Origin: Pirellulaceae bacterium
GTDB taxonomy: Bacteria; Planctomycetota; Planctomycetia; Pirellulales; Pirellulaceae
NCBI GenBank assembly: GCA_046583055.1
Contig: JAYGDH010000497.1
Location: forward strand, 1-59,083
Direction: 5' to 3'
DNA: 59,083 nt
A model generated the notes under the pieces. That model worked only from the letters and a program-made list of their open reading frames with translations. It was not told the origin of the DNA and made no database searches. Positions 28,107-38,221 of the stretch are shown in pieces (position 1 is the stretch's first letter; every line of letters begins with the position of its first letter). The position numbers and the translations under genes were made by a program.

Positions 28107-29780
28107 GTGAAACACACAAAGAAATTCATCGTGATGATGGTGATGCTCACCATCGCAGTGGCCCCATGGTCTCAAAGTCAGGCCCAAACAGCTGCCAAGC
28201 CAGTCGCCATTATCAGCCTTTCCAGCATTGATGAACTGGTGGGTGATGCCAAGCACGTGGTAGCAGCTGTTGGTATCCCGGGTGTGGACGAACAGCTGAC
28301 TGCCATGCTGGATCCTTTCACGGCAGGTATTGACCGATCCCGAGCCATTGGAGCTGTGGTGGCCCTGGGTGGTGATCTCGGTTTTACCGTGAAGGCCTTC
28401 ATCCCGGTGAAGAATTTCAGCCAGACCATCGAGTTGGTTGAGGCGCAGCTGGGTCCTGCGAAAGATGCCGGTAACGGTATCAAGGAATTTAATGGTCCGG
28501 TTAATATCTTCGTTAAGGAACAGGGTGGCTGGGCTCACATCAGCCAGAGCGTCGAGGGGTTGGCCAGCCTGCCCAAGGATCCCCTGAAGCTGCTGGGTGG
28601 CCTTGATAAAAGTTACGATTTCGCCGTGCGTGCCAATATCCAGGCGATCCCGGCGTTGTTCCGTAACATGCTGGTGAGCCAGATGAAGGCAGGCGTCGAG
28701 GCAACCCTCGAGCGTCAGCCGGGTGAGAATGACGAAACTTATGAAATACGTCGTAAGGTAGTCCAAAACCAGGTCAAGCAAATGGAGAAGCTCGTCAACG
28801 AAGTTGAAGAGGTGACCATCGGCTGGAACTATGACCAAAAAGGTGCCGGCACTTACTTCGACATGGGTATCACCCCGGTGAAGGGATCGTCATTAGGCAA
28901 GGGATTTGCCGTGATGGCCGGACTGAAATCAGACTTCGTTGGATTTCAAGCAGCGGATGCCGCCGTGCGGATGAATTTCACAAGCAGGGCGCTGCCGGAA
29001 GAGGCCCAGGAAGTGAAGGTCATGTTGAATGGCCTCCGTCAACAGGCACTGAACGAGCTGGATAACGACGACAGCATTCCGCCGAACGTCCAGCAAATGC
29101 TCAAGGAAGTACTTAGCGATGTCCTCGATGTCGGCATGGAAACGCTGGAAGCCGGGAAGATCGATGGCGGCCTGGCAGTGTTCCTGCGGGATGGTTCGAT
29201 CCAGGTCGGTGGTGGATTCCATGTCGTGGGTGGTAAGAAACTGGAATCAGCGGTGAAGAAAATTCTCAAGCTGGCCCAGGAAGAGGAGGACTTTCCCAAG
29301 GAAGTTCAAATTCGATTTGACACGGAAGTCTATAAGGGAATTAGCTTCCATACGATCAGCGTACCTGTTCCAGACGAGGAGCAGGCTCGCCAGATCTTTG
29401 GTGAAGAGCTGCAGATTGCACTGGGAACCAGTGACAGCAGTATCTATTTCGGCGTCGCTTCCAATAGTGTTTCCTTCCTCAAGGGAGTGATCGATAAGAA
29501 TAAATCGGCAGGCAGCAAAGAGGTTCGTCCGATGGAACTGAGCATCGCCCTGTTGCCGATCCTGGAATTCGCCGCCAGTATCGAAGGCGCAGACAATCCT
29601 ATCGTCAACGCCATGATTCGCCAGCTGAAAACGGCTTCCGGAAAAGACCACTTGTCACTCAGCATCACCATGGAAGAGGAAACGAGCAGTGCTCTTTATC
29701 GCTTGCAACTGGAAGAAGGAGTTATCAAGGCTATCGGAGCGGGTGTGCAGGCAGGCGTTGCCGGCGGACTGGGATTCTAG
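28107..29780 (+). CDS. secreted hypothetical protein (557 aa)
   Basis: AGGAGA lies 9 nt upstream of the GTG. Signal peptide is MKHTKKFIVMMVMLTIAVAPWSQSQAQ. A clean terminator follows. I recognise no domain. Confidence 0.8.
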   Translation: MKHTKKFIVMMVMLTIAVAPWSQSQAQTAAKPVAIISLSSIDELVGDAKHVVAAVGIPGVDEQLTAMLDPFTAGIDRSRAIGAVVALGGDLGFTVKAFIPVKNFSQTIELVEAQLGPAKDAGNGIKEFNGPVNIFVKEQGGWAHISQSVEGLASLPKDPLKLLGGLDKSYDFAVRANIQAIPALFRNMLVSQMKAGVEATLERQPGENDETYEIRRKVVQNQVKQMEKLVNEVEEVTIGWNYDQKGAGTYFDMGITPVKGSSLGKGFAVMAGLKSDFVGFQAADAAVRMNFTSRALPEEAQEVKVMLNGLRQQALNELDNDDSIPPNVQQMLKEVLSDVLDVGMETLEAGKIDGGLAVFLRDGSIQVGGGFHVVGGKKLESAVKKILKLAQEEEDFPKEVQIRFDTEVYKGISFHTISVPVPDEEQARQIFGEELQIALGTSDSSIYFGVASNSVSFLKGVIDKNKSAGSKEVRPMELSIALLPILEFAASIEGADNPIVNAMIRQLKTASGKDHLSLSITMEEETSSALYRLQLEEGVIKAIGAGVQAGVAGGLGF

Positions 29781-29811
29781 TTCGAAATGCCACCCATAGA
29801 TTTTGATTAAG

Positions 29812-29851
29812 ACGGTGTCGGATCCATCAGGTCCGGCACCGTTTTTTGTTT
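29812..29851 (+). terminator. Rho-independent terminator
   Basis: The sequence reads ACGGTGTCGGA-tccatcagg-TCCGGCACCGT, an 11-bp stem with one G-U pair, followed by TTTTTTGTTTT. It begins 32 nt after the stop at 29780. Confidence 0.8.
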
Positions 29852-29965
29852 TCCGCAGATGGGATGTAAGCCATGGCGGAGGGATCTTCTCAACAGCCGG
29901 ATGATAAGTTACCGTGACACCTGCTGGTGATCGATGCAGTCAATATTACGGAGTGATGCAGCAAC

Positions 29966-31237
29966 ATGACAACAGGGAACGTGGCAGCACAATTGCGTAG
30001 TGAGATTGTCGGTATCCCGGTCACGGACCTGGCCGCGGAATTTGGTACGCCGACCTATATCTATGATGCCTCGATCATTTGCCAGCGTGTAGAACAGTTG
30101 CGTGCCTTCGACGTGATTCGCTTTGCACAGAAAGCCTGCTCGAATCTTGCCATAGTTGACCTGATTCGGCGACAGGGAGTCCGGGTAGATGCCGTCAGCG
30201 CTGGTGAAATCCATCGCGCACTCCAGGCCGGTTACCAGCCGGGCCAGGACGAGGAGCCCGCCGAGATCGTATTTACCGCCGATCTTTTTGATCGCCAAAG
30301 CCTGGGTCTCGTGGTCGAACATGATATCCATGTCAACGTCGGTTCCCCTGACATGATTAGCCAGTATGGTGCGCGGGCACCAGGAAAACCGATTACACTC
30401 AGGATTAACCCGGGTTTTGGCCATGGCCACAGCCAGAAAACGAACACCGGAGGGGAACAATCCAAGCACGGCATCTGGCACCAGCAGGTTCCTGAATGCC
30501 TGCAGCGAGCAGCAGAATTTGATCTCCAGGTAACCGGGGTTCACATGCACATCGGTTCCGGCACCGACCTGGAACACCTGGCCCAGGTTTCGCAGGCCAT
30601 GGAAAAGACGGTCGCGGAAGTTGGGCCCACGGTGAAATCCATTAGTGCCGGTGGTGGATTGCCAACTCCTTATCACCAGGATGATGAACCGATTGATATT
30701 GCCAGCTATTTTTCCATCTGGGATGAAAGTCGCCAGCGGCTCCAGCAGCAGCTTGGTCATACCCTCTCGCTGGAAATTGAGCCCGGCAGGTTCCTGACCG
30801 CTGAGAGTGGATTCCTGCTGACAGAAATCTGCAGCATCAAGACGATGGGACAAAATTGCTTTTACCTGGTAGATGCCGGTTTTAATAACCTGGCACGCCC
30901 CATTCTTTACGGATCCTACCATCCCATGACGCTGGCGCCCGTGAACACAACACCCACGGACTGCCAGGACGTCGTAGTGGGCGGCCCACTCTGTGAATCA
31001 GGAGATATCTTCACCCAGGAAGAAGGGGGCTTTGTCAGCCCGAGATCGCTGCCGGTTGCCCAGGTCGGCGATTACCTTGTGATCGAGTGTGCTGGGGCCT
31101 ATGGTGCTGTCATGGGATCCAATTACAATTCGAAACCGCTGGCAGCGGAGGTCCTTGTGCAGGACGGCGTAGCCCAGCTGGTTCGCAGTCGGCAGTCCTT
31201 CGAGGATTTGCTGCGAGATGAGCAAATTCCGCGATAA
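29966..31237 (+). CDS. lysA: diaminopimelate decarboxylase
   Basis: Fold-III PLP decarboxylase motifs are RFAQKACSN (PLP Lys), HIGSG, GGGL and GGPLCESGDIF, with YGSYH. Confidence 0.92.
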   Translation: MTTGNVAAQLRSEIVGIPVTDLAAEFGTPTYIYDASIICQRVEQLRAFDVIRFAQKACSNLAIVDLIRRQGVRVDAVSAGEIHRALQAGYQPGQDEEPAEIVFTADLFDRQSLGLVVEHDIHVNVGSPDMISQYGARAPGKPITLRINPGFGHGHSQKTNTGGEQSKHGIWHQQVPECLQRAAEFDLQVTGVHMHIGSGTDLEHLAQVSQAMEKTVAEVGPTVKSISAGGGLPTPYHQDDEPIDIASYFSIWDESRQRLQQQLGHTLSLEIEPGRFLTAESGFLLTEICSIKTMGQNCFYLVDAGFNNLARPILYGSYHPMTLAPVNTTPTDCQDVVVGGPLCESGDIFTQEEGGFVSPRSLPVAQVGDYLVIECAGAYGAVMGSNYNSKPLAAEVLVQDGVAQLVRSRQSFEDLLRDEQIPR

Positions 31238-31415
31238 TCGCTATTTGATAGCACCTGGGAGCATCGCCAGGTGGGCCCTGATCCAGAAAATCTCGCCAGC
31301 CGGGGGCAAGGAGCGGTTGGCCGCCGGCCGATGACTAGACTATAATCACCTGTCCCGGTTTTCCCGGAGTTGTCCGGAAACGGGCTATCGTAAATGCAGT
31401 CGCTGCTGGAAAGTC

Positions 31416-31817
31416 ATGACCATGGCCAAAGACGGTCCGCGAACCAAGGCACCCAAGAACTTGGCGATCATTAACGCCGACAACTGCACGGGCTGCGAGT
31501 CCTGCCTTGAGGTGTGCCCGGTCGACGATTGTATTCGATTGATTGAACATTCGTTGGGTGTCAAGGGAGTTCAATCCTGGTGTGAAATCGATCCGGAACG
31601 ATGCACGGGCTGTAATATCTGTATCGAGCTTCCCCAGAAAAAGACGAACCCGCATGCCCTCGTTATATGCCCCTGGGATGCGATCGAGTTGATACCCACC
31701 GAAAACGCCGCCCAGGTGATGGCTGAGATTGGTGGCCCGCCCGATTACATCCGGGAAAACTGGGATCGGCTGGTCGGTACCGCGCAGCACCTGGCTGAAT
31801 TGAAAGCGGGAATCTGA
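31416..31817 (+). CDS. 4Fe-4S dicluster ferredoxin-domain protein
   Basis: Contains CTGCESCLEVCP and CTGCNICIE..(14 aa)..CPWDAI. Confidence 0.8.
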   Translation: MTMAKDGPRTKAPKNLAIINADNCTGCESCLEVCPVDDCIRLIEHSLGVKGVQSWCEIDPERCTGCNICIELPQKKTNPHALVICPWDAIELIPTENAAQVMAEIGGPPDYIRENWDRLVGTAQHLAELKAGI

Positions 31818-31852
31818 TCCGGAGAGTCCGGCTCGGATTTACGGAGACACTC

Positions 31853-32665
31853 CTACTGGCACGCTTTTAGGTAATCAATGCTCTCCCGGGCCAGCGCCTC
31901 CACGCCTGGGTCGTAGTCGAAAACTTCCACGCAGACCCAGCCGTCGTACTCGACGTCCTGCAAGGCCTTCAGGATCGGCACGAAGTCGACATCACCCATG
32001 CCGGGACCACGTCGGTTTGCATCGTTGGCGTGAAAGTGAATCATGTGTTTCGCATGCTCGCGGATGATTTGATCGATAGGCTGTCCTTCCGTTGACATGG
32101 CCTTGACATCCAGGTGCAGCTGGCAGGCCGGTGAATCAACCATTTCCACCAGTTGAACACCAAGGTCTGCCGTTAACAGAAAGTCGCCTTCTTCCGGGCC
32201 CAGTGGCTCGACCGCCAGTCGTATCCCCAGCTCCTGGAATGTTGGCATGCAGCGTTGCAGCACTTCGGCCGCATAGCCCATTGCTTCATCCAGGGAGACA
32301 CCGGGCAGCAGGTTTCGCTGATGTGGCGAACCGAGCACCATGATGTCGCCACCCAGGTCGCTACAAAATCGTCCCAGCTCTTCCAGGTAAGCTGTTGTCG
32401 CCTGCCGTACTTCTGCCTCCGGGGAGGTCAGGTAAAATGCCTCAGTAAAAGCCAGCAACCAATGCAGCCCGAGAATGGTCAGGCCGGCATCGTCAGCCTG
32501 GCGTCGCACGGTGGTACGTTCTGCCGCCGAGATGAGCCGAACATCCTTGTTGATAGTGAACGGTGCGATTTCCAGTCCGCGGTAACCACTGTCGTAGGCA
32601 AACTGGAACGCTTTCTCAAACGGCCAGTCTTGAAAGGTTTCATTACAGATTGCGTATTTCATCAT
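31853..32665 (-). CDS. sugar phosphate isomerase/epimerase (xylose-isomerase-like TIM barrel)
   Basis: The family-typical N-terminus [23 protein letters not shown] is present, with conserved H/D/E positions (HFHANDAN). The start overlaps the upstream methyltransferase stop (ATGA). Confidence 0.85.
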   Translation of the reverse strand: MMKYAICNETFQDWPFEKAFQFAYDSGYRGLEIAPFTINKDVRLISAAERTTVRRQADDAGLTILGLHWLLAFTEAFYLTSPEAEVRQATTAYLEELGRFCSDLGGDIMVLGSPHQRNLLPGVSLDEAMGYAAEVLQRCMPTFQELGIRLAVEPLGPEEGDFLLTADLGVQLVEMVDSPACQLHLDVKAMSTEGQPIDQIIREHAKHMIHFHANDANRRGPGMGDVDFVPILKALQDVEYDGWVCVEVFDYDPGVEALARESIDYLKACQ

Positions 32666-33660
32666 TCCAGACCTGGTAAAGATTGTTGACAGGATGATTC
32701 TGGCGAAAGGTCCCTGGTGCCTGCGTTTTTGTCGGTGTTTTTACCGGTGGAGTTTTTCAGGCGCTTGCCCTTGCGGGTGCTGGGCACACTGGTCAGCGGT
32801 TCCTCGGCCCCGTCCAGGCGGTCTCCAGGCTGGATTTCAGCCAGGCGATGTTCGATACGGGTGACATAGTTCTCTGATAGTTCGTAACCCAGGTATTGGC
32901 GATCCAGTTTCTTGGCCGCCGCCAGGGTCGTGCCGCTGCCAGCAAATGGATCCAGCACGACCTCACCTGGTCGACTGCAGGCACGGATAATACGACCCAT
33001 CAGTTGCTCGGGCATCTGGCAGCCGTGAAAACCACTGCGTTCCTTGAAGGTGCCGGCCACCCGAGGAAAATACCAGGTATCTTCCTCGGAGGTGAAACTG
33101 CTGGGAGTATCCTGGGGTCGCAGAATCCACGTATCGTCCGGAAGTCGCCCCTTGGGATTGGCCCGCTTGTCGCGATAGACCAGCTGCCTGGCCGAGGGAA
33201 CGCGGATGTCATCAGTATTAAACGTGAATTGCCTGGGATCCTTGACCATGTGAAACAGGTGCGCGTGAGAACGACTGAACTTGTTCGTGCAATTGACGCC
33301 AAACGTGTAATACCAGATGACCCAGCTGCGACAGGTTAACTGGTGATCCTGTTGCATCAGTACCTTGAGCTCGGCAGCGTATTCGTCACCAATAGCCAGC
33401 CAGAAGGTACCGTCATCTTTCAATACCCGGACAACTTGCTCAATCCACCGGGAACACCAGTGGAGGTATTCATCCTGCTCACGACGATCCTCGTAAACAT
33501 CGTACTCGTAGCCGATATTGAAAGGCGGGTCGGCAAAAGCCAGGTCCACGACACCCGTTTCCAGCCCCGCCAGGCCTGCCAGGCAGTCTTCCTGGTGGAT
33601 GGTGTTAAACGTGGCAGGCAAGGCTCGAATCCTTTCTTCGAATTGCCAGTGTTTGTGCAC
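32662..33660 (-). CDS. beta-class N6-adenine/N4-cytosine DNA methyltransferase, apparently orphan
   Basis: Motif [11 protein letters not shown] lies near the N-terminus, and motif [10 protein letters not shown] lies C-terminal to it (beta-class order). It ends in a Lys/Ser/Thr-rich tail. No restriction enzyme gene is nearby. Confidence 0.88.
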   Translation of the reverse strand: MHKHWQFEERIRALPATFNTIHQEDCLAGLAGLETGVVDLAFADPPFNIGYEYDVYEDRREQDEYLHWCSRWIEQVVRVLKDDGTFWLAIGDEYAAELKVLMQQDHQLTCRSWVIWYYTFGVNCTNKFSRSHAHLFHMVKDPRQFTFNTDDIRVPSARQLVYRDKRANPKGRLPDDTWILRPQDTPSSFTSEEDTWYFPRVAGTFKERSGFHGCQMPEQLMGRIIRACSRPGEVVLDPFAGSGTTLAAAKKLDRQYLGYELSENYVTRIEHRLAEIQPGDRLDGAEEPLTSVPSTRKGKRLKNSTGKNTDKNAGTRDLSPESSCQQSLPGLE

Positions 33661-33827
33661 CTGGCCAAAGGTTAACGATCAACGACGTTCATCGTACCAC
33701 GAACATTAAGGGATACAAGCAAGCAGTTTCCGGGGCGTCTATTCAGTGACCGCTTGTAAAGCCGGTCCGATAATGACCAGAATAGGATATCTCGACACCT
33801 GGTCTATTTACCCCGGAGTCATCCCGC

Positions 33828-34793
33828 ATGAAATCCCGCTTAAAGAAACAGCCAGCACTTGATCGGCGACAGTTTCATCGTCGCACGGTCCTTGGTACAG
33901 CATCACTGGTGGCTGCCGCAAATCTTGGTTTCGCTGCGCCTCAGAAAGCCAGCCGTTACGTGGACATGCATACCCACCTGGGACAGACGTGGAACAGTAC
34001 CGAAGTATTGAGTGCCGAGCAGCTATTGCGATGGATGGATGCCCATGACATCGCACAGGCCGTCGTGCTGCCACTGGTTTCACCGGAATCGTCCAGCTAT
34101 CCACTGACGGCAGATTTCGTGCTGGCCCAGACACGTGACCACCGAGATCGGCTCATCCCGTTCTGCTCCATCGATCCCAGGACCTCTTACAAGGGTGGAC
34201 ACCAGGGACTCGTGGCCATGTTGCGGAAGTATATCGACATGGGGGCCAAGGGATTCGGTGAACACAAGCCGGGAATCGCTTTTGATGATCCTCGCAACAT
34301 GGCGATTTTTGCTGGCTGTGCCGAGGCCGGCTTGCCGGTCCTGTTTCACCTCGACAACCAGCGAAACACTGATAAGCCAGGCCTGCCGGGCCTGGAGAAA
34401 GTGCTGCAACAGAACCCCAAATGCACGTTCATCGGACATGGCCCAGGCTGGTGGGCGTCCATTTCCGGGAACCTGGCACAGAACGAGCTGGCAGGATACC
34501 CCAGGGGCAAAGTAGCGCCCGGGGGTGCGATTGATCGCTTGATGAGCAAGTATCCGAATATCTACGGAGATCTTTCCGCCGGTAGTGGTGCGAATTCCAT
34601 TTCACGCGATCTCGAATTTGGCCAGGAGTTCCTGATCCGACGAGCAGATCGCATCATGTTTGGCACCGATTTTCTCGCCCCCAAGCAACCGGTTCCACAA
34701 TTCGAGTTGTTTGAGCAGCAACTGCAGTTGCCGAAAGAGGTACAACAAAAGATCTATCGAGACAACGCTCGCCGTGTCCTGAAGCTGGGCTAA
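33828..34793 (+). CDS. Tat-signal amidohydrolase-family (metal-dependent TIM-barrel hydrolase) protein
   Basis: Twin-arginine signal RRQFHRRTVLGTASLVAAANL. Contains DMHTHLG, FGEHKP and FGTDF. GGAG SD. Confidence 0.8.
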   Translation: MKSRLKKQPALDRRQFHRRTVLGTASLVAAANLGFAAPQKASRYVDMHTHLGQTWNSTEVLSAEQLLRWMDAHDIAQAVVLPLVSPESSSYPLTADFVLAQTRDHRDRLIPFCSIDPRTSYKGGHQGLVAMLRKYIDMGAKGFGEHKPGIAFDDPRNMAIFAGCAEAGLPVLFHLDNQRNTDKPGLPGLEKVLQQNPKCTFIGHGPGWWASISGNLAQNELAGYPRGKVAPGGAIDRLMSKYPNIYGDLSAGSGANSISRDLEFGQEFLIRRADRIMFGTDFLAPKQPVPQFELFEQQLQLPKEVQQKIYRDNARRVLKLG

Positions 34794-35956
34794 TGAATAC
34801 CTGGATAGCGATTTTACCCTGGCTTGCCGGCTTGCACCTGGTCCTGGTCGTCCTGGTGATCCTGCGACTGGCTATGAATAGCCACCTGTTGAAAAATCTG
34901 AATGATGTCCCGCCTGCCGGAGATGAAGCGCTACCGTCCCTGTCGATCGTGGTAGCCGCTCGTAACGAGGCGCGGGATATTGAAGCAGCACTGCAATCGT
35001 GGTTCCAGCTGGACTATCCCGGGATAGAACTGATCGTGGTCAACGATCGATCGACAGACGAAACGGGTGCTATTCTCGATCGGATGACCGGGCAGCAGTC
35101 GATCTTGCAGGTGGTCCACCTGGAAGAACTGCCAGCTGGCTGGCTGGGTAAGAATCATGCCCTGCAACTGGGTGCCGAACGTTCCCGGTCGGACTATCTC
35201 CTGTTCACGGATGCGGATGTGATCATCCAGCCCAGCGCGTTGCGTCGGGCAGTGGGTTATATGCAGCAACAGCAACTGGACCATCTCACGGTGACTCCGC
35301 AGGTGGCCATGCCGACACGACTGCTGGAAGCATTTGTGACCGTCTTTACCAGCCTTTTTTTCCTCTATTTCCGCGCCTGGAAAGTTTCTGACCCCAGCAG
35401 TGATGCCCACGTGGGTATCGGTGCGTTTAACCTGCTGCGCCGCGAGGCCTACCGAAAATGCGGGATGCACCAATCCATTGCGATGCGACCCGATGATGAT
35501 GTCAAGCTTGGTAAGATTATCAAGCAGCATGGACTGTCCCAGGCGCTGCTGGTCGGTTCGGACCATGTCTATGTTCGCTGGTACGCCTCCCTGAAAGAAT
35601 TGATGGTGGGACTGGAGAAAAACGTGTTGGCGGGCCTGGATTATCGCCTCTGGATGGTATTTGTGCTGTCCTTTCTGCTGGTCGTGGGAATGTTTGCACC
35701 GTGGGTGGCTGTTTTCCTTACGACCGGGATTACCCGGGTGCTGTACGGTACGATCCTGGTGCTGTTGCTGACTATCTTTTTGCGAACCACCGTTGAGCTG
35801 CGGGTTCGTACCTCGTGCGTGTTTTGGTTCCCTGTCGTGTTGCTGTTGTTTAATTACATCATTTGGCGTGCTACGATTCTGACATACGTGCGGGGGGGAA
35901 TTCGCTGGCGAGATACTTTCTATTCCCTGTCAGAACTCAGGAAGAACCAGGTGTAG
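34793..35956 (+). CDS. membrane-embedded family-2 glycosyltransferase (CrtQ/HpnI-like lipid glycosyltransferase architecture)
   Basis: Contains LSIVVAARNE, VVNDRSTDET, LPAGWLGKNHAL and LLFTDADV. It has an N-terminal TM and several C-terminal TMs. The start overlaps the upstream stop (TAATG). Confidence 0.8.
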   Translation: MNTWIAILPWLAGLHLVLVVLVILRLAMNSHLLKNLNDVPPAGDEALPSLSIVVAARNEARDIEAALQSWFQLDYPGIELIVVNDRSTDETGAILDRMTGQQSILQVVHLEELPAGWLGKNHALQLGAERSRSDYLLFTDADVIIQPSALRRAVGYMQQQQLDHLTVTPQVAMPTRLLEAFVTVFTSLFFLYFRAWKVSDPSSDAHVGIGAFNLLRREAYRKCGMHQSIAMRPDDDVKLGKIIKQHGLSQALLVGSDHVYVRWYASLKELMVGLEKNVLAGLDYRLWMVFVLSFLLVVGMFAPWVAVFLTTGITRVLYGTILVLLLTIFLRTTVELRVRTSCVFWFPVVLLLFNYIIWRATILTYVRGGIRWRDTFYSLSELRKNQV

Positions 35957-36001
35957 ACATACCGTCTAGGATTAACGTGATCAAATAAAACTGGAGAAGC
36001 G

Positions 36002-37387
36002 ATGAGCAATCAGAAGAAATTATTACCAGCCGTGTTGATTTCAATCCTGCTGGGCACGACCCTGGTGACGGCCGGGGCCGCTGAATCCTGGCATGCTGGT
36101 TCAGCGAAAATAAACATTACGCCTGGACAGCTTATCTGGATGTCTGGCTATGGGGGCCGAGACCACGTGGCCGAAGGCAAGCTGACGGACCTCTGGGCAA
36201 AGGCCCTGGTGCTGCGGGATCCGCTGGGCAATCGGTCCGTCCTGATCACGTTGGACCTGGTCGGGATTGACCGTACACTGGCAGCGCGAATCACGAAATC
36301 GCTCGACCAGGCATATGGGTTTCAACGACGCCAGGTTGCCATCTGTACTTCCCACACGCACACGGGGCCTGTCGTGGGAAAAAACCTGGGACCGTTACAC
36401 TACGAGCAGATTAATGCGGCCGAGCAAAAGAAGATTGATCAGTACGTGGACCAGTTGCACGACAAGGTGGTGGCTGTTGTCGGTGAAGCGATCAAGCAGG
36501 TGCTGCCCAGCCAGTTGACCTGGGGCAGCGGGCATTGCGAGGTGGCAGTGAATCGACGTACGAACAGCGAGAAACAGGTGCCGCAATTACGACAGCAGGG
36601 TTTGCTGAAGGGTCCCTTTGACCACGATGTCCCGGTCCTGGCGGTTCGGGATCTGGACGGTAAACTACAGACCGTGGTCTTTGGGTATGCCTGTCATGCC
36701 ACGGTGTTGAGTTTTTACCAGTGGTCAGGAGACTATCCGGGCTTCGCCCAGATGGCAATTGAAAAAGTGCATCCAGGAGTGGAAGCGATGTTCTTTGCCG
36801 GGTGTGGAGCCGACCAGAATCCCTTGCCGCGTCGTACCGTCGAGCTGGCCCAGGGGTACGGAAATCGACTGGCAGCGGCCGTCGAGGAAACACTGGCCGG
36901 TACACTACGGCCAGTGCAGGGAACGCTGGCTACTTATTACCAGGAAGTACCGCTGCCACTGGCGACGCTGCCCACGATCGCGGAAATCAAGGCCAACTTG
37001 ACGTCCAAGAATCGCTTTGAAGCCGCCCGGGCACGTTGGTTGCTCAGGGATATCGAGGCGGGGCAGCCGCTACAAAAACACTATCCCTACCCGATAGCCA
37101 CATGGAAAATCGGAGACACGGTAGCGCTGGTGATCCTGGGCGGCGAGGTCGTGATCGATTATGCGCTCAGTATCAAGGAGCTGGATACCCGCTTCGCGAC
37201 GCATACGAATATCTGGGTCGCTGGTTACAGTAACGATGTCATGGCCTATATCCCGTCGCGGCGGGTGCTTCGCGAAGGTGGCTACGAGGGAGGCAGCTCC
37301 ATGGTTTACTACGGGTTGCCCACCCTTTGGGCCCCGGAACTGGAAGCCCTGATTCTCAAGGCTGTCAGGAAACAACTGCGAAACTGA
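36002..37387 (+). CDS. neutral/alkaline ceramidase-like N-terminal-domain protein (secreted)
   Basis: It has a signal peptide. The pattern AKINITP..MSGYGGR..AKALVL..LITLDLVGI..CTSHTHTGP is typical of the family. GGAGAA SD. Confidence 0.65.
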   Translation: MSNQKKLLPAVLISILLGTTLVTAGAAESWHAGSAKINITPGQLIWMSGYGGRDHVAEGKLTDLWAKALVLRDPLGNRSVLITLDLVGIDRTLAARITKSLDQAYGFQRRQVAICTSHTHTGPVVGKNLGPLHYEQINAAEQKKIDQYVDQLHDKVVAVVGEAIKQVLPSQLTWGSGHCEVAVNRRTNSEKQVPQLRQQGLLKGPFDHDVPVLAVRDLDGKLQTVVFGYACHATVLSFYQWSGDYPGFAQMAIEKVHPGVEAMFFAGCGADQNPLPRRTVELAQGYGNRLAAAVEETLAGTLRPVQGTLATYYQEVPLPLATLPTIAEIKANLTSKNRFEAARARWLLRDIEAGQPLQKHYPYPIATWKIGDTVALVILGGEVVIDYALSIKELDTRFATHTNIWVAGYSNDVMAYIPSRRVLREGGYEGGSSMVYYGLPTLWAPELEALILKAVRKQLRN

Positions 37388-37393
37388 ATCTCG

Positions 37394-38194
37394 TTAGTCG
37401 ACGTCGAAAATCTCGTTGATCGCCGGATTACCATACTCCGCTCCACCCGTCAGGATTGTAACGTTGGGCAGCGGCTCGGTTTTTCCTGCCCCGTGGGTAT
37501 GGCCACAGAGGACGGTCAACTGGCGCTCGGGATATCGTGACATTACTTCCAGGATGGCTTCGCCCATGGCCAGGCAGGTGAAATGAGGAGCCCATTCGTC
37601 GTTGGATATTTCCCCGTTGTACCAACAGGCTTCTCGCAAGGGCGGTACATGGGTGACAAGATAGACGTGGGCGTGTTGTTCCAGGGCCAGCGGCAGCACG
37701 CGCAGCAGGTGAGCCGCGGCCTGGTCTCCGAGGGTCTTTAATGCGTCCCACCGCTGCTGCTTGTCGAAAGGGGCCAGTTCCTCGATCAGTTGGTAATCAT
37801 TCATCATGATCTCGGAACGTTCGTAATCCCCGCTGCGGCCATCTGCCCATCCATCGTGGCCTACGACAGCGACCTGGTCCGTCAGGGAAAACATGTCAGA
37901 CAAGGTAAGATAATGCAGCGAAGGATGTGCTTCACAGACCTGTTGAACCTGGTTACGGACAGCCGCGATGGAGCCGAAATAGAAATCATGGTTTCCCAGC
38001 ACGAAGTAAACAGGACAGGACAGGTTGTCCGCCAGGCGAACCAGGTAGGGAATCACGTCGGTTGATTCACCGATATCGCCGCTGCACAACAGGACATCCG
38101 CCCGGGCTCGCTTCAGGCGACCCAGGAACTCTTCCACGACATCGTCTTCTGCAAAGTTCAAGTGGATGTCCGTGGTCCAGAGAATCCGGCTCAT
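37394..38194 (-). CDS. calcineurin-like metallophosphoesterase
   Basis: Contains TDIHLNF, SGDIGE, GNHDFY, VTHVPP and GHTHG. Confidence 0.8.
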   Translation of the reverse strand: MSRILWTTDIHLNFAEDDVVEEFLGRLKRARADVLLCSGDIGESTDVIPYLVRLADNLSCPVYFVLGNHDFYFGSIAAVRNQVQQVCEAHPSLHYLTLSDMFSLTDQVAVVGHDGWADGRSGDYERSEIMMNDYQLIEELAPFDKQQRWDALKTLGDQAAAHLLRVLPLALEQHAHVYLVTHVPPLREACWYNGEISNDEWAPHFTCLAMGEAILEVMSRYPERQLTVLCGHTHGAGKTEPLPNVTILTGGAEYGNPAINEIFDVD

Positions 38195-38221
38195 GCTTGC
38201 CCACTTACTTTTCGTGTCATG

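Noticed and set aside
28074-28838. 254-aa minus-strand ORF
   Set aside because: It is antisense to the 5' part of the secreted-protein gene, which has an SD, a signal peptide and a terminator. The product is His/Leu-rich and implausible.
29852-29965. Possible lysine riboswitch upstream of lysA
   Set aside because: Only about 110 nt are available between the terminator and the start, which is too short for an L-box. I saw no conserved L-box elements.
29909-30922. 337-aa minus-strand ORF
   Set aside because: It is entirely antisense to lysA, whose identity is unambiguous from its motifs. The translated sequence is Arg/Cys/Gly-rich and has no motifs. This is a typical shadow ORF in GC-moderate DNA.
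31335-31790. 151-aa minus-strand ORF
   Set aside because: It is antisense to the ferredoxin gene, whose two Cys clusters are diagnostic.
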